The position numbers and the translations under genes are program-made. DNA of 63,446 bases, filler included, from Reclinomonas americana ATCC 50394 (taxonomy: Eukaryota), in NCBI GenBank assembly GCA_048213135.1. It is 7 parts of one record of this genome, joined end to end, with 100 filler letters (N's around TTAATTAATTAA, not from the genome) between each part and the next. Parts side by side here need not be neighbours in the genome. Positions count along the whole stretch, not along the records: positions 1 to 7,425 come from PS015082.1; positions 7,526 to 14,830 come from PS015082.1; 5 more parts are not named here. One strand, 5' to 3'. Within the stretch, counting starts at the first letter, position 1. Each line of letters starts with the position of its first letter. The notes beneath the pieces are model-generated. The model saw nothing but the letters and a program-made list of their open reading frames with translations. It was not told where the DNA came from and did no database searches. This document shows positions 1-13,004 of this stretch, piece by piece.

Positions 1-2820
1 GTCGTCGTCGTCCGGACTGACACGGATCTCGCAGCTGCTGCTGCCACTGACGCCGGCGCCACTTGGCTGCGGGTCACCGGCGAGGAGAGTGGTGTCGTCC
101 ACATCTGGCCACACATCGCACCCGTCCTCCACCACCACAAACATGTCGCGACCGTCGTCACGATCCCTCTCGCCAAGCTCGTCGTCGTCATCGTCGTCGT
201 CGTCGTCGGAAATGCCACGATCGGGCGACCGCAGCTTGAAGAGGCTGTCGAGCGTGATGCGCGGCGACTTGACCGATGCCTCCTGTGGCGCCGCTGCCTT
301 TTGCGGTGTCGACGGCGGTGGCGGCGGCGGAGAAGTGGGAGACGCGATTTGCGCAGACGCCACGGCGGCCATGGCCGCGGCCGACGATGCAAAGGCCGAC
401 GTGGCTGACGGCATCAACGTTGATGGTGGTGGTGGCGGCGGCGGCGGAGCGGGAAGAGTCTGTGCGGGAGCCGGTGCAGGCGCTCGGGCACTCCTGAAAT
501 ACGAAATGCGCATCGAGTCCATCATCATCGACTCCTGCACCTGCGCCATGTCAATGTCGCCATTGTCCACTGTCACGGCAGCAGCAGCAGCAGGGGTCGG
601 GTGAGACAACAGCCATCTCGATTGAAAAGAGCAGCACCTACGCAACTCAGCACCGATCCGTCGCACTCGATCTGACACAAGTCGTTCTGGATCCAGCCAT
701 TGGAGCGACCGCCGAACAGGAGGAGGCACGCGGAGGGATGGAGGCGGGTGTCGGTGGCCGGCATGCGCACAAACGACATGGCATGCTCCGACGCCGCAAA
801 CTCGGTGGCGCACACCAGGCTGCACTCGAACGTGCCTGCAGTCACACGACAAGTGAGGGACCGCGATTCGGTGGCACGTGTGTAGACAGGTGTGGCGCAC
901 GCAACGCAGACTGACGGCATACAGGCGACCGGTGGTCTGATCACCGGCGGTCTCGCGACCGCCATGAATCAGCAGCGTGTTGGGCGACGAAAAGACGGCA
1001 CTGGCGCCGCGCGAGGCCACAGGAATCTGACCTCGCAACACATGCTGCGTGCAAATGCCGGTGCGGGGGTGGATGGTGTAGGCCAGCGACGGATCGGCGT
1101 TCTGACCGGTCAGCGCGCAAAAGCCACCCCACACAAACACACGCTGGTCGGGCCCGTCGAGAGACACCATGCAGAACTCGGCCAGCGTCGGCGGCGGCAA
1201 GTCGCCATGCAGAGGCAGTGGCTGGCAATGCAACGTGTCTACACATCGTTGCCGCTGTCGTGAGTGCATGCCACACACCAGCGGCAAACAATGGACGAAA
1301 CTGCAGTCCAACACAAAGCCTCGCTGGTACGGATCGCTGCCCATGGCCAGCATGAACGCCCGCTGTCCTCCATCCAGCGGAGACGCCGCACGATACCGCG
1401 TCGGCACCGCTGGACCCGGATGCATCGTGGTCCGCACGCACTGCGCTCGCACATCCTTGTCTGCACATACACAGAACGGTGAGGAACTGGCCTCGGAAAA
1501 ACAACAACGTGCAAGCGAAAAGGCGTACCTGAGGTGGCACGCAAGGTGATCTTGAACACAGTACGTCCCGACAAGTTGCTATTGTCGTGCTCAGACGACG
1601 GCGTCGGTTTCCGATCCGACGATGGCGCCACCTCGGAGGCGGGAATCAACAATAACTCGACCACTTCATCCTCCTCCTCCTCCTCTGCCTCCTTCTCACG
1701 ACGACCAATAGTGAACGGCATGTGTCCGTGACCAACATCGTCGTCCATGAGCGCGGCAAATGCACCCGCGTCATCATCATCATCGCCCGTCGCGGAAGAA
1801 GAGGATTTGGCGCGAACGCGTGTCACGGGAATCACACTCACGTGTGACAGTGGAGGCATAATGTCACCGCATATGGGCACTGTCTGCCAGGCGCCATCCT
1901 CTGTGTGTGCACGGAGAGAGAGAGGCGGAGAGAGAAAGAGAGAGTGCGGAATGAGTGAGTGCGACTTCGTTTTGGGCAAGACAGTGAGAGAGTGGAGAAG
2001 GAAATGATGTGGAGAGGAACGTTGTGTGTGGCGGGAACCCGCACAATGGCGCAACTACCACCACATCACAGCAAGAAGAGTGTGTGAGTGTGCGAGGGAG
2101 AAAGGCGGAGAATCGTCACACACAACACCACAGCGGCAAATTGGTTTTTCGACACACACTCGTGCCGGATTATTTTCGAAATTCTTCTTCTGGGTTCTCC
2201 CTCCCTCTCTCTCTCTCTCATCCAACACCCCTTCCACACACGCACACCCTCGCTCTCAACGCACCGAGTGAGTAGATCCAGGCGTCGCCGAGGGCCGCGC
2301 GCTGCCCGGATCCGGCCGCCGAGACTCCGCCAATGACAAACATGGCCAATCGCGCACGATCCACTTTGCCTCTGTACGCGTGGGCGCCGGCACCAAAGAC
2401 CGCCGTCGCGTCGTCGCAAAAGTCTTGCTCGTCGTCGAGACCATGGCTAGTGGCGGCGTCGTCATCGTCGTCATCGTTACGCCGAATCGGACATCGGCGA
2501 GGAATCGTCAGCGAGACCATTGCGTGGCCGCACGAGGCGCGGCCAAGTGGCCAGCGATGTGACGGAGGTGCTCGTGTCACCGATCCTCCACTCGCCACCA
2601 GTCCACGCCCCGTCCCGGGGCTCTCCGCGCCTCCGCCTCCCGCCATGGTCGACGACGATCGCAACACCGCAAGGTCGGCAAACGCACTCAGTGGCACAGT
2701 CTTTACGCGAGGCACTGCTGAGGTGGCAGCAGGGGTCGTTGCGGCGGAGGTTCCTGACACATCGGTCGAAAGCGATGAGGAGCTTGACGACGAAATCGGG
2801 CGCGAATGCTTCTCGCCCAT
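1..2820 (-). CDS. Multi-exon kelch/beta-propeller-like protein with acidic and Pro-rich low-complexity inserts; 3' end lies outside the window
   Basis: Minus-strand exons give kelch-like motifs (GRASCGHAMVSL, MFVIGGVS..ALGDAWIYSL, GAWQTVPICGDIMPPL, LLLFGGRSNGWIQNDL), separated by GT-AG introns. Putative ATG (MGEKHS) at 2820. Confidence 0.6.
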
Positions 2821-2876
2821 TTGTTCTTCTCTCGCACAAAAGCGTGAAATCGTTTTTGGCGGGGAATTTTCGCAAC

Positions 2877-2920
<44 letters not shown>

Positions 2921-3081
2921 AGGAAGAAGAGAGTCATGTAACCGATCGCAAAGAGCTCGACACAGGGTGAGGCAGAGAGGGGGGTCTGTACGCTTGCAAT
3001 TGAGAGAGATTTAGAAAGAGAAGGCCTAGGGGAGAAAGAGAAAGACAACCAGAGAAATAGGAAGTGTGCGCGGGAGACGAT

Positions 3082-3124
<43 letters not shown>

Positions 3125-3476
3125 NNNNNNNNNNNNNNNNNNNNNNNNNNNNNNNNNNNNNNNNNNNNNNNNNNNNNNNNNNNNNNNNNNNNNNNNNNNN
3201 NNNNNNNNNNNNNNNNNNNNNNNNNNNNNNNNNNNNNNNNNNNNNNNNNNNNNNNNNNNNNNNNNNNNNNNNNNNNNNNNNNNNNNNNNNNNNNNNNNNN
3301 NNNNNNNNNNNNNNNNNNNNNNNNNNNNNNNNNNNNNNNNNNNNNNNNNNNNNNNNNNNNNNNNNNNNNNNNNNNNNNNNNNNNNNNNNNNNNNNNNNNN
3401 NNNNNNNNNNNNNNNNNNNNNNNNNNNNNNNNNNNNNNNNNNNNNNNNNNNNNNNNNNNNNNNNNNNNNNNNNNNN

Positions 3477-3518
<42 letters not shown>

Positions 3519-3687
3519 GAGGAGGGAGGGAGGGAGAGAGTGTATGGTGATGCAAGCAGAGTTGCTGTAACATCGAAGGCACGTCGTACACAGCATGAAG
3601 AAAAAGAGAAATGCACGGTAAACACATGAGGTTGGTACTATCCCAGTGTAGCACTCGAGATCTGCAAGACAGTAGTCGCCGTGCAGG

Positions 3688-5411
3688 TCAAGGGTTAAGG
3701 GTGACACAAACGTTATTGTCGCATGTAGCCCCACGGCAACAATCATCTGACGAAACGCAGCTGCCACCCTCGGCCTGACACACACACTGGCTATCGCGGC
3801 ATACGCTACTACAGCACTCAAAATCGTTCAAACAGGCCTCCCCCCCTGACTCGCAGCTGGAAACACACGACGAATAAACACAATGACCACTGCAGCAAAA
3901 ATTGGCGTTTTCACAGCTGTCGCCGATGGCACCCAGAGCGCACGGAGTGACACAGACGTTATTCTCATCGCAAGCCCCACTGCAGCAGTCAACATTGCCC
4001 GTGCACGTCACCCCGTCACCCCCGCAACTCAAACTACATAGCTGGCCAGTGCAGTAGCCACTGCAGCATTGGTCACTGGACGTGCAGCTGTCGTTGATGT
4101 CTCCGAGAGTGCACTGCACTGGCGTCGAGCACGATCCGTAGACACACACCCCACAACATTCTGAGTCGCCATTGCAAGCCCCGCCGTCTGCGCCGCAGGT
4201 GGCACTGCACGCAAACCCGACGCAAAAAAGACTGCAGCATTCGGTGGGCGACGAGCATGGATCGCCAATGGCACCCAGAGTGCATGGTGGCGCACACTGG
4301 CTGTTGCCGTCGCAATAGCCTGAACAGCACTCAGTCGAAGATGAGCACGAATCGCCAATATTTCCAAGAGTGCACGCTGGCGCGCAGAACCCGCTGCCGT
4401 CACAGTTCCCGGAGCAGCAACCCGCCGGGTCGTTACATGGATCACCGTCTGCGCTGCACTGCGGCGCACAGAAGCCGTTACCGTCGCAATAATTGGTGCA
4501 GCAATCAGCACTCGCGTCGCAAGCGCTACCGTTCTGCACGCACGGCCCATCGTGACAGGCGGAATTAATGCAAAACCCTGAACAGCACTGGCTTTCAACT
4601 CTGCAGGGGGCACCCAGGGGGCGGAGAGTGCACCCTCCAACGGGCGCGCACGTATCAGTGTTATTGTCACAAATTCCGGAGCAGCACTCTTCCCCACGGT
4701 TGCAGCTCTGTCCATCACTGCCGCAGCTTGAAGCACAAACCCCGTAGACACAAAAATTACTACAGCACGAATCGTTGGACCTGCAGCGCTCGCCCAGAGG
4801 CAGGTCGCCAACGCAAGCCGGCGCGCATTGATTATTGCCGTCACAATTTCCACTGCAGCAGTCACCCCCACTCGAGCAAGTGGTGCCATCAGTCGAACAC
4901 CCGCACTGCGCCGTGCCGTACGATTCCGAGCACTCACGACCCTCGGCACACTCGGCAACAATCTGAGTGGTGCCGTAGGCGCAGCTCAGCACCGCACGAC
5001 GGTTCAGCGAGCACGTCGTGGTGCCGTCGCGCAGCGTGCACACGCCGCAATTGGAGCCACTGTAGCCGGCAGGGCACGAGATCGGCGCACCTTGCGCCGC
5101 ACGACCAATCGCCGCCCACGTCACGTACACAATGTCCAACTCGCCCGCCCCACTGGCGCTGTACGAGATCGCCGTCACGTAGTCCTCGTTGTCGAGGCGC
5201 TTTGTGGTGAATTGCAGAGACTGCTGGCTGACGCTGTTTTGCACAGTGGCCGACGACGATTTCCAGCCGCGCAGGAACAGCTGCACGCTGATGGTGGCAC
5301 GCAGCAGGCCATTGGGGGTCGAAGGCGTCACCAGACTGGCGGTCTGCGTCGATGCGCTGCTGGTGTGCGTCGTTTCTGGACAAAATATTTTAGACAAAAT
5401 TTCTCAAATGC

Positions 5412-5460
<49 letters not shown>

Positions 5461-7176
5461 GAGTAGTAGTAGTAGTAGAAAGACACACACACACACACAC
5501 ACACACGCACAGACATGCAGCGAGAGAGAGGTCAGCGTGTGTGCGAGAGAGGTGAGCGTGTGTGCTCACCGATCGTGACTGAGAAAGACTGCGAGGATCG
5601 ATTGTGCTTCTTATCTTATCTCACTCGCGCTGCAATACTCTCTCACACATACACCTGAGAGAAGAGAGGAAGAGAGAAAGATATGACAGTAGCGGCGGAC
5701 AAAAGAACCTGTCCGCCGTCTGTGTTGCAAAGCACGCACCACCCGACAACATGACAAAGCCGCTGATGTTGGTGCTGTCAGGGCGCGTCGGTGCGACAGC
5801 AAAGCGCGCAGACACCGCCTCAATGCGCGAGTCGCCGATCACCGTGCCCTTGAGGACAAAGCTGGAGCGCGAGGCCGAGCTGCTCGACAGCGAAAAGTTG
5901 TCACCACGAATGCGCCCATCGTTGCCGGCAGCCGACTGGCGGATCGACAGAACACCCATCACGGCCACGGGGATCGACGGCACCGACGCGAACTGGTACG
6001 CGGACGACACGCTCACCAACTGTGCATCGCCGGGAAAGTGTTAACATCCAGCCCAGCTTGTGCATGCGGACACATGGGCGACAATAAACCAACAATGACG
6101 CAACAGATGAGCTGCTCTTGTTCACCGCATCCGTCAACCAAGCCTTGCTCGTCAGTGTGCGCTGACCGTCCATCGACAGAGCATTGGTCTGGTGCACATA
6201 GTACGCCAGGTAGCCTATCACAGAGAAGGGTGAGTCACACTTCTCCTCTCTCTATCTCTCCACGCGCTTCAGTAAACGCAACTCAGTGTGATGGTGGGTC
6301 CCGGCTGACCGTTAGTCGACACGCCATAGCAGCGAGATGACAGCCTCGCCACAGTCACCACCGGCTCCGCACAGAATGCAAAGGTGCCATCAGCCGGCTC
6401 GTTCGCCTGGGTGGAAATGCGTTCGTTGTCCTGGCTGCCGACACTGGCAAAGCCTAGCAACACGCGCGGACGGCGGAAGAACTGGCGCGCAAATGTGAAC
6501 TGGATGGTGGTCGTTGTCACCGCCAGTGTTGACAAGCTCGGCTTGGCGGCCAGAGGCGTCGACGAGGGCAAGGGGCTGCTCGGACTGAGGCCGCCGGCAG
6601 TCATAAACCCAGAGGTGAACGACTCCTCCGCCGCCTCGTATGGTCCGTTGTTGGCCGCCACGCACAGCTTAAAGGCACCGCCGCCAGTCGACCCGTTCGG
6701 TGTGATGGTCGCGCGGAACAGGCGGCAGCCAGTGATGAACTTGCACGCATCGGCACCGCCGCTCGCGAACACCGCGCCCACACTGCCCGCCAGCGTCGAG
6801 TAGTCCGACAGAGTGGAGCAGTCGGCGCCGGCCGGCACCAGCTTGAAGCTCGTGCAGTCAGTGAGGTTCTGAGCAGCGGAGCCAATCACAATCGGATTGG
6901 CGCTGCCATACTTGAGCACGGGCGGAGCGGCAAAAGAGATGATTGGTGTCGAAGAGGCGGCAGTCACGATCAATGGGACCGTCTGCAGGCGGTACACGGC
7001 GGTGCCGCCGGCCTGGAACCTGGCGGTTGGGAGAAGGGCAAACGTGAGGGACGGAGAGGGGAGAGAGAAGGCGAGTCAAGCACAGCGAAGAGGAAGGATA
7101 CGAGGACAACATATCCTGAAGTGCAATAAGAATCAGGAGAGGAGAAATGACAACCAAGTGGACAAAGAAGATAAGC

Positions 7177-7253
<77 letters not shown>

Positions 7254-8761
7254 GACGAACGAACGAACGAACGAACGAACGAACGAACGAACGAACGAAC
7301 GAACGAACGAACGAACGACGAACGACGACGACGACGTACGTACGTACGTACGTACGTACGTACGTACGTACGTACGTACGTACGTTACCGTACCGTACGT
7401 ACGTACGTACGTACGTACGTACCGTNNNNNNNNNNNNNNNNNNNNNNNNNNNNNNNNNNNNNNNNNNNNTTAATTAATTAANNNNNNNNNNNNNNNNNNN
7501 NNNNNNNNNNNNNNNNNNNNNNNNNAGAGAGAGAGAGAGAGAGAAAAGGCCATGCACAACCCAAGACAAAGCACACGCAAGAGAGACACCGACAAGATGT
7601 GGATCCCAAGATGATTTGTTCTCCACGGACTGCCTTTCTCTTGTCCCTCACACAACGCAACTTGCCACACAGATAGTACACGCCCGGCGACGCCAGCGTG
7701 CACGAACCAGTCGCCGTCGCACCGAGAGCACCCTGCGCAAACGCGGCGCCAGTGGCCACCGAGAACACAGCCTGCTGACCCGAAGCATCGCTGGTCGACA
7801 GTGTGGCGCTCGAGTTGGCAGCCGGCGATCCGCTGCAGTCGGCGGCCGCGTACAAGCCAAACGAGCCACCAGCGCCCAGTTGACGATTGGCAAAGTGATT
7901 CCCAGTCACCGTCAAGCGATAGTCGGCGAGACCATTCACCAGCTGCGGTGTCTTGTTTGCCGTGCTAATAGCGTCTGCGAGTGTCGGGAAGGAAGAGAGA
8001 GTCAGCGACAGAGTGATGATGATGACTGCGCGCATGTGTTGACTGAGACGCAACAGACAAACACCGTGGCGACAAACTCGTTGCGAGCGGCCGTCCCCGC
8101 ACCGTCCACGTCGATGCACAGGTAGTGCTCACCACCGTTGCCGTCAGCCGACGCGTTGAAGGTGAGCGAGGCAGCAGCATTGGAGACGACGACAGTGGTT
8201 GGCGACACGCCCGTGCACGAGCGGTCGAGAAAGAGAGTGGCGGTGGAAGCAGTCGACCAGGCAATGGCCGAGCCACTGACATTGATGTCGACGATCTGAC
8301 CAGCGGTGCCGGCCTTGATGGCGATGTTGGAGGGCGAGATGACTGAAAGAGTGCAAAGAAATGAGTCAACGGTCGGCTTTCGCATATGCTCGCTGCGAGA
8401 GGGATAACACGCACAAAGACGTGACGCCTTCACAAAGGCAATCGGCTTCGCACGCAATGAATGAGAGTGCGAGATTTGTGCAATAAGATACGCGCGAAAG
8501 GTACTTCTTGCGCACATGCGCATGCACGTGCACTTGAGCTCTCAACGGTTGACTATCGCGCGCAGAAGGAGAAAACCGCAGCGGGCGCAATAGACGGCCA
8601 CGTACACGAGGGAACGAGAGAGGGAGGAGGAGGAGGAGGAGGAGGAGGAAGGAGGAGGAGGAGGGAGAGTCAAGACTGGCGGAAAACTGCGCGTGTTGTT
8701 CGCAGCACATGCACGTGAAAAGGCACGCACGCTGTGTGTGCTCGTGTGCGCGTGCATTCAT
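3688..8761 (-). CDS. Large putative secreted/surface protein: Ig/TIG-like modules followed by a C-terminal Cys-rich tandem array (model crosses the contig linker at 7470)
   Basis: Exons encode S/T/G/A-rich beta modules ending in Y/F-x-L-C (EHYLCID, VYYLCGK, AFKLCVA) and a hydrophobic LLLLLLLL stretch near the 5' end. The terminal exon starts after ttgtccag near 5376 and runs without introns to TGA at 3688. The 5' boundary is uncertain. Confidence 0.55.
3706..4901 (-). repeat. 14 tandem C-C-CC-C-C (knottin/ICK-like) protein modules
   Basis: Translation of ORF 3688..5397 contains 14 units such as CTLGAIGDPCSSPTECCSLFCVGFAC and CSADGDPCNDPAGCCSGNCDGSGFC. Confidence 0.85.
7470..7481. other. Artificial contig linker TTAATTAATTAA flanked by N runs (also 14875-14886, 22034-22045, 50445-50456, 52368-52379, 57409-57420)
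   Basis: The same 12-mer with stops in all six frames sits between ~44-N runs each time. Confidence 0.97.
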
Positions 8762-9385
8762 GCAAACTCACGTGCAGCAGTTGCCGTGGCGCAAAGCACA
8801 GTCAGCGACAGCAGTGCAACGAGGCACAGCAGCGCTGTGGGGCGCAAGAGGGTGGGGCAAGCCATGTTGTCTCTCGATGTCTGCGCGCGAAAAGCACACA
8901 CAACAATTACAAGCAGAAGTAAGGCGTTTGCGTGCGAGATTCGTAGGGAGCAAGAGAGGCGGTTGAGAAGAGGCAAAGAATGACGAGGAGAGGTCGCGCG
9001 CGATAACATGCCGCAGCAGCGCGCGCTGCACGATAGCCGGCTGGATGTAACAGAGGAGACAGGAGACAACGAGGGGTGCGTAGAGGCAGCAATTACAAAA
9101 GGCGAGTATGGAGAGACTGCATAAGGCAACGAGGGGAGACACGGTGAGCGCTCACGAACCGCAATCAGAGAAACAAGATCAAACAGAGGACAAAGGTGGA
9201 CAAATGAGCGCAGCACAGAAAGGGAGGGGATGACAGTCCATCCCACCGACAGCTATTTGCCGTATCATTCGCGAGCTCAGTTTCTGCAGCTACCGTACGG
9301 AAGTACGTGCGACCATCGATGTGACATTATTTCGTCCTGTCAGTACGTACAATTGTCCAAATTCTTAGCGCCGAGAGACATCGCA

Positions 9386-10031
9386 ATGAGTCTCCGCTAC
9401 ACACGAGGCACCGCTGCACGTGAGGAGTTGGCCCTCAAGCCCAACTACCCCGCCATGACGGGCTCTCCCAGAACAACACACCAACAACAACAACAGCAAA
9501 GAGGAGGAGTCAGTCCGAGGAAGCCAGCGGCGCGTGCCGGTCAGTCTCTCTCTCTCTCTCTCTCTCTCTCCTCCCCTCACACACACACACACGCAATGCG
9601 CGCGTGACTTGATGTGCCTTTGAACATCATCATCACATTCTTGGTTTGGTTTTTTGACTGGTGGTGGTTGGCGATCATCAGGAGAGATTGGGTGGAAGGT
9701 GACGGAGCTGAATGAGCAGAAAGTCTACGCGGAGAAGGGTGCGTGTGTGTCGAATCACGCTTTCTCTCTCTCACACACACGTTCTCACTCTCTCGCTTGG
9801 CAGGTCGCACATCACCGCGTCATCTCAAACCGCAGCAGCCGGATGACCGGTTGCTCAAAGCCGATGAGGTGCTCTCCTGTTCCCCGCTTCGGTCTCTCGC
9901 TCACACTGTGCTCACTGTACTCACGCGGTGCGCAGGTGAAGAAGCACGAGTGGCTCGACCTGTCGCCAGTGTACATGACCAACATTCCGCGACTGCGACC
10001 GTGGATGGATCGGAACTTGCCTGCCAAGTGA
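9386..10031 (+). CDS. Small 4-exon hypothetical protein
   Basis: MSLRYTRG...ARAG | GEIGWKVTELNEQKVYAEKG | RTSPRHLKPQQPDDRLLKADE | VKKHEWLDLSPVYMTNIPRLRPWMDRNLPAK* joins in frame through three GT-AG introns. Confidence 0.5.
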
Positions 10032-10951
10032 TCCTCTTCCCTCTTGTCTCTGTCTCTCTTGCATTCATGTTTCAGCAATTGTACAGCCCTTTGTACATGT
10101 ACACACACCACAGTCCGTCTCTCTCAGTCAGTCGGCATCGGTGACCACACCNNNNNNNNNNNNNNNNNNNNNNNNNNNNNNNNNNNNNNNNNNNNNNNNN
10201 NNNNNNNNNNNNNNNNNNNNNNNNNNNNNNNNNNNNNNNNNNNNNNNNNNNNNNNNNNNNNNNNNNNNNNNNNNNNNNNNNNNNNNNNNNNNNNNNNNNN
10301 NNNNNNNNNNNNNNNNNNNNNNNNNNNNNNNNNNNNNNNNNNNNNNNNNNNNNNNNNNNNNNNNNNNNNNNNNNNNNNNNNNNNNNNNNNNNNNNNNNNN
10401 NNNNNNNNNNNNNNNNNNNNNNNNNNNNNNNNNNNNNNNNNNNNNNNNNNNNNNNNNNNNNNNNNNNNNNNNNNNNNNNNNNNNNNNNNNNNNNNNNNNN
10501 NNNNNNNNNNNNNNNNNNNNNNNNNNNNNNNNNNNNNNNNNNNNNNNNNNNNNNNNNNNNNNNNNNNNNNNNNNNNNNNNNNNNNNNNNNNNNNNNNNNN
10601 NNNNNNNNNNNNNNNNNNNNNNNNNNNNNNNNNNNNNNNNNNNNNNNNNNNNNNNNNNNNNNNNNNNNNNNNNNNNNNNNNNNNNNNNNNNNNNNNNNNN
10701 NNNNNNNNNNNNNNNNNNNNNNNNNNNNNNNNNNNNNNNNNNNNNNNNNNNNNNNNNNNNNNNNNNNNNNNNNNNNNNNNNNNNNNNNNNNNNNNNNNNN
10801 NNNNNNNNNNNNNNNNNNNNNNNNNNNNNNNNNNNNNNNNNNNNNNNNNNNNNNNNNNNNNNNNNNNNNNNNNNNNNNNNNNNNNNNNNNNNNNNNNNNN
10901 NNNNNNNNNNNNNNNNNNNNNNNNNNNNNGTCTCTCTCTCTCTCTGTATCG

Positions 10952-11180
<229 letters not shown>

Positions 11181-11237
11181 TGTGGGAGTATGTGTGCGCG
11201 TGTGAGAGTGTGTGTATGTGTGTGTAGGCCACGCAAC

Positions 11238-12128
11238 ATGCAAAAGCACGGAGATGGGATGGCGACCGCAGATGGTGTTGCGCGTCTCGCTCAGGTACTT
11301 GAGGAAACCGTCGGCGTCCAGCGCCTCGATGAGCTCCATGCCACGCTTGTCTAGCCGCTCGATGCTGCGATGGATCGGACCATCTCTCTCCTCGTAGTGT
11401 GTGTACCGGAAGCTGACACGCACGGCGTAAGTTTTGCACGCAAGAAAAACATGCGCGGACGAGACACACCGCTTGCCCCAGTGGCAAAAGTCGGAGGAGA
11501 TCACAAAGAGATTTTCCGAGGTGAAGTACGGCGCCAACAACTCGCCGTACATGGCCTCGGTGGCACCCGTCGTCGCCCCGACCATCAGCGGCACGATCGT
11601 GTACTCACGACTGCGTGTGCGCGCAAAAGCAGTTGTCTCAGTCGCGGTGAGCAAGCAGAGAGCATGGTTCTTCCTCCGCGACGTACGTACCCCGCCATCA
11701 GCTTGGCAATGTACGGCAGCTGCATCTCAATGCTGTGCTCCTCCTCATCGGCGTGCGCCTCCACCTGATCAAACTTGCCGGTGCGCGCCAGCTCTTGCAC
11801 GACTGACCGGGGCGCCAGAGAGAGAGAATCAGTGCCAGCAGAAAGAAGAGAGAGAAACACGCAGAATCGTGCACCTGCGGCATCAATGGTGAGGTTCCCC
11901 AGTGGCGTCTCGTACACCGACACACTCGGCAGGCAAATGTTCTCAAAGTACACGTGATGCGACGGGCCGAGGATAAACACACGACGACTAGGTGTGCGCG
12001 CACAGTCAGACGCCCGCAACCTACAAGAACGACGAGAGGAAGGGGAAAGCACACGCAACATGCCCTCTGGCGGGATGTGCTGGAACGAGTGTGCGGCAGT
12101 GGGCCCCGAGTACGAGTAACCCGCGTGT
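11238..12128 (-). CDS. MEMO1: MEMO1 family protein (partial, both ends in gaps)
   Basis: Motifs HAGYSYSGPTAA, RVFILGPSHHVY, YETPLGNL, DEEEHSIEMQLPY, FVISSDFCHWGKRFRYT and NTICGRHPI are recovered across GT-AG introns. Confidence 0.93.
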
Positions 12129-13004
12129 CTGCGTGTGTCGCCACCAGTCAGTCGGATCATACTCTCTCTCTTTCTCTCTTCACACACNNNNNNNNNNNNN
12201 NNNNNNNNNNNNNNNNNNNNNNNNNNNNNNNNNNNNNNNNNNNNNNNNNNNNNNNNNNNNNNNNNNNNNNNNNNNNNNNNNNNNNNNNNNNNNNNNNNNN
12301 NNNNNNNNNNNNNNNNNNNNNNNNNNNNNNNNNNNNNNNNNNNNNNNNNNNNNNNNNNNNNNNNNNNNNNNNNNNNNNNNNNNNNNNNNNNNNNNNNNNN
12401 NNNNNNNNNNNNNNNNNNNNNNNNNNNNNNNNNNNNNNNNNNNNNNNNNNNNNNNNNNNNNNNNNNNNNNNNNNNNNNNNNNNNNNNNNNNNNNNNNNNN
12501 NNNNNNNNNNNNNNNNNNNNNNNNNNNNNNNNNNNNNNNNNNNNNNNNNNNNNNNNNNNNNNNNNNNNNNNNNNNNNNNNNNNNNNNNNNNNNNNNNNNN
12601 NNNNNNNNNNNNNNNNNNNNNNNNNNNNNNNNNNNNNNNNNNNNNNNNNNNNNNNNNNNNNNNNNNNNNNNNNNNNNNNNNNNNNNNNNNNNNNNNNNNN
12701 NNNNNNNNNNNNNNNNNNNNNNNNNNNNNNNNNNNNNNNNNNNNNNNNNNNNNNNNNNNNNNNNNNNNNNNNNNNNNNNNNNNNNNNNNNNNNNNNNNNN
12801 NNNNNNNNNNNNNNNNNNNNNNNNNNNNNNNNNNNNNNNNNNNNNNNNNNNNNNNNNNNNNNNNNNNNNNNNNNNNNNNNNNNNNNNNNNNNNNNNNNNN
12901 NNNNNNNNNNNNNNNNNNNNNNNNNNNNNNNNNNNNNNNNNNNNNNNNNNNNNNNNNNNNNNNNNNNNNNNNNNNNNNNNNNNNNNNNNNNNNNNNNNNN
13001 NNNN

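Noticed and set aside
7251-7425. (ACGA)n and (TACG)n runs after an (AG)n tract
   Set aside because: They sit at a contig end and follow the TACG pyrosequencing flow order, so they are most likely low-quality read artefact.
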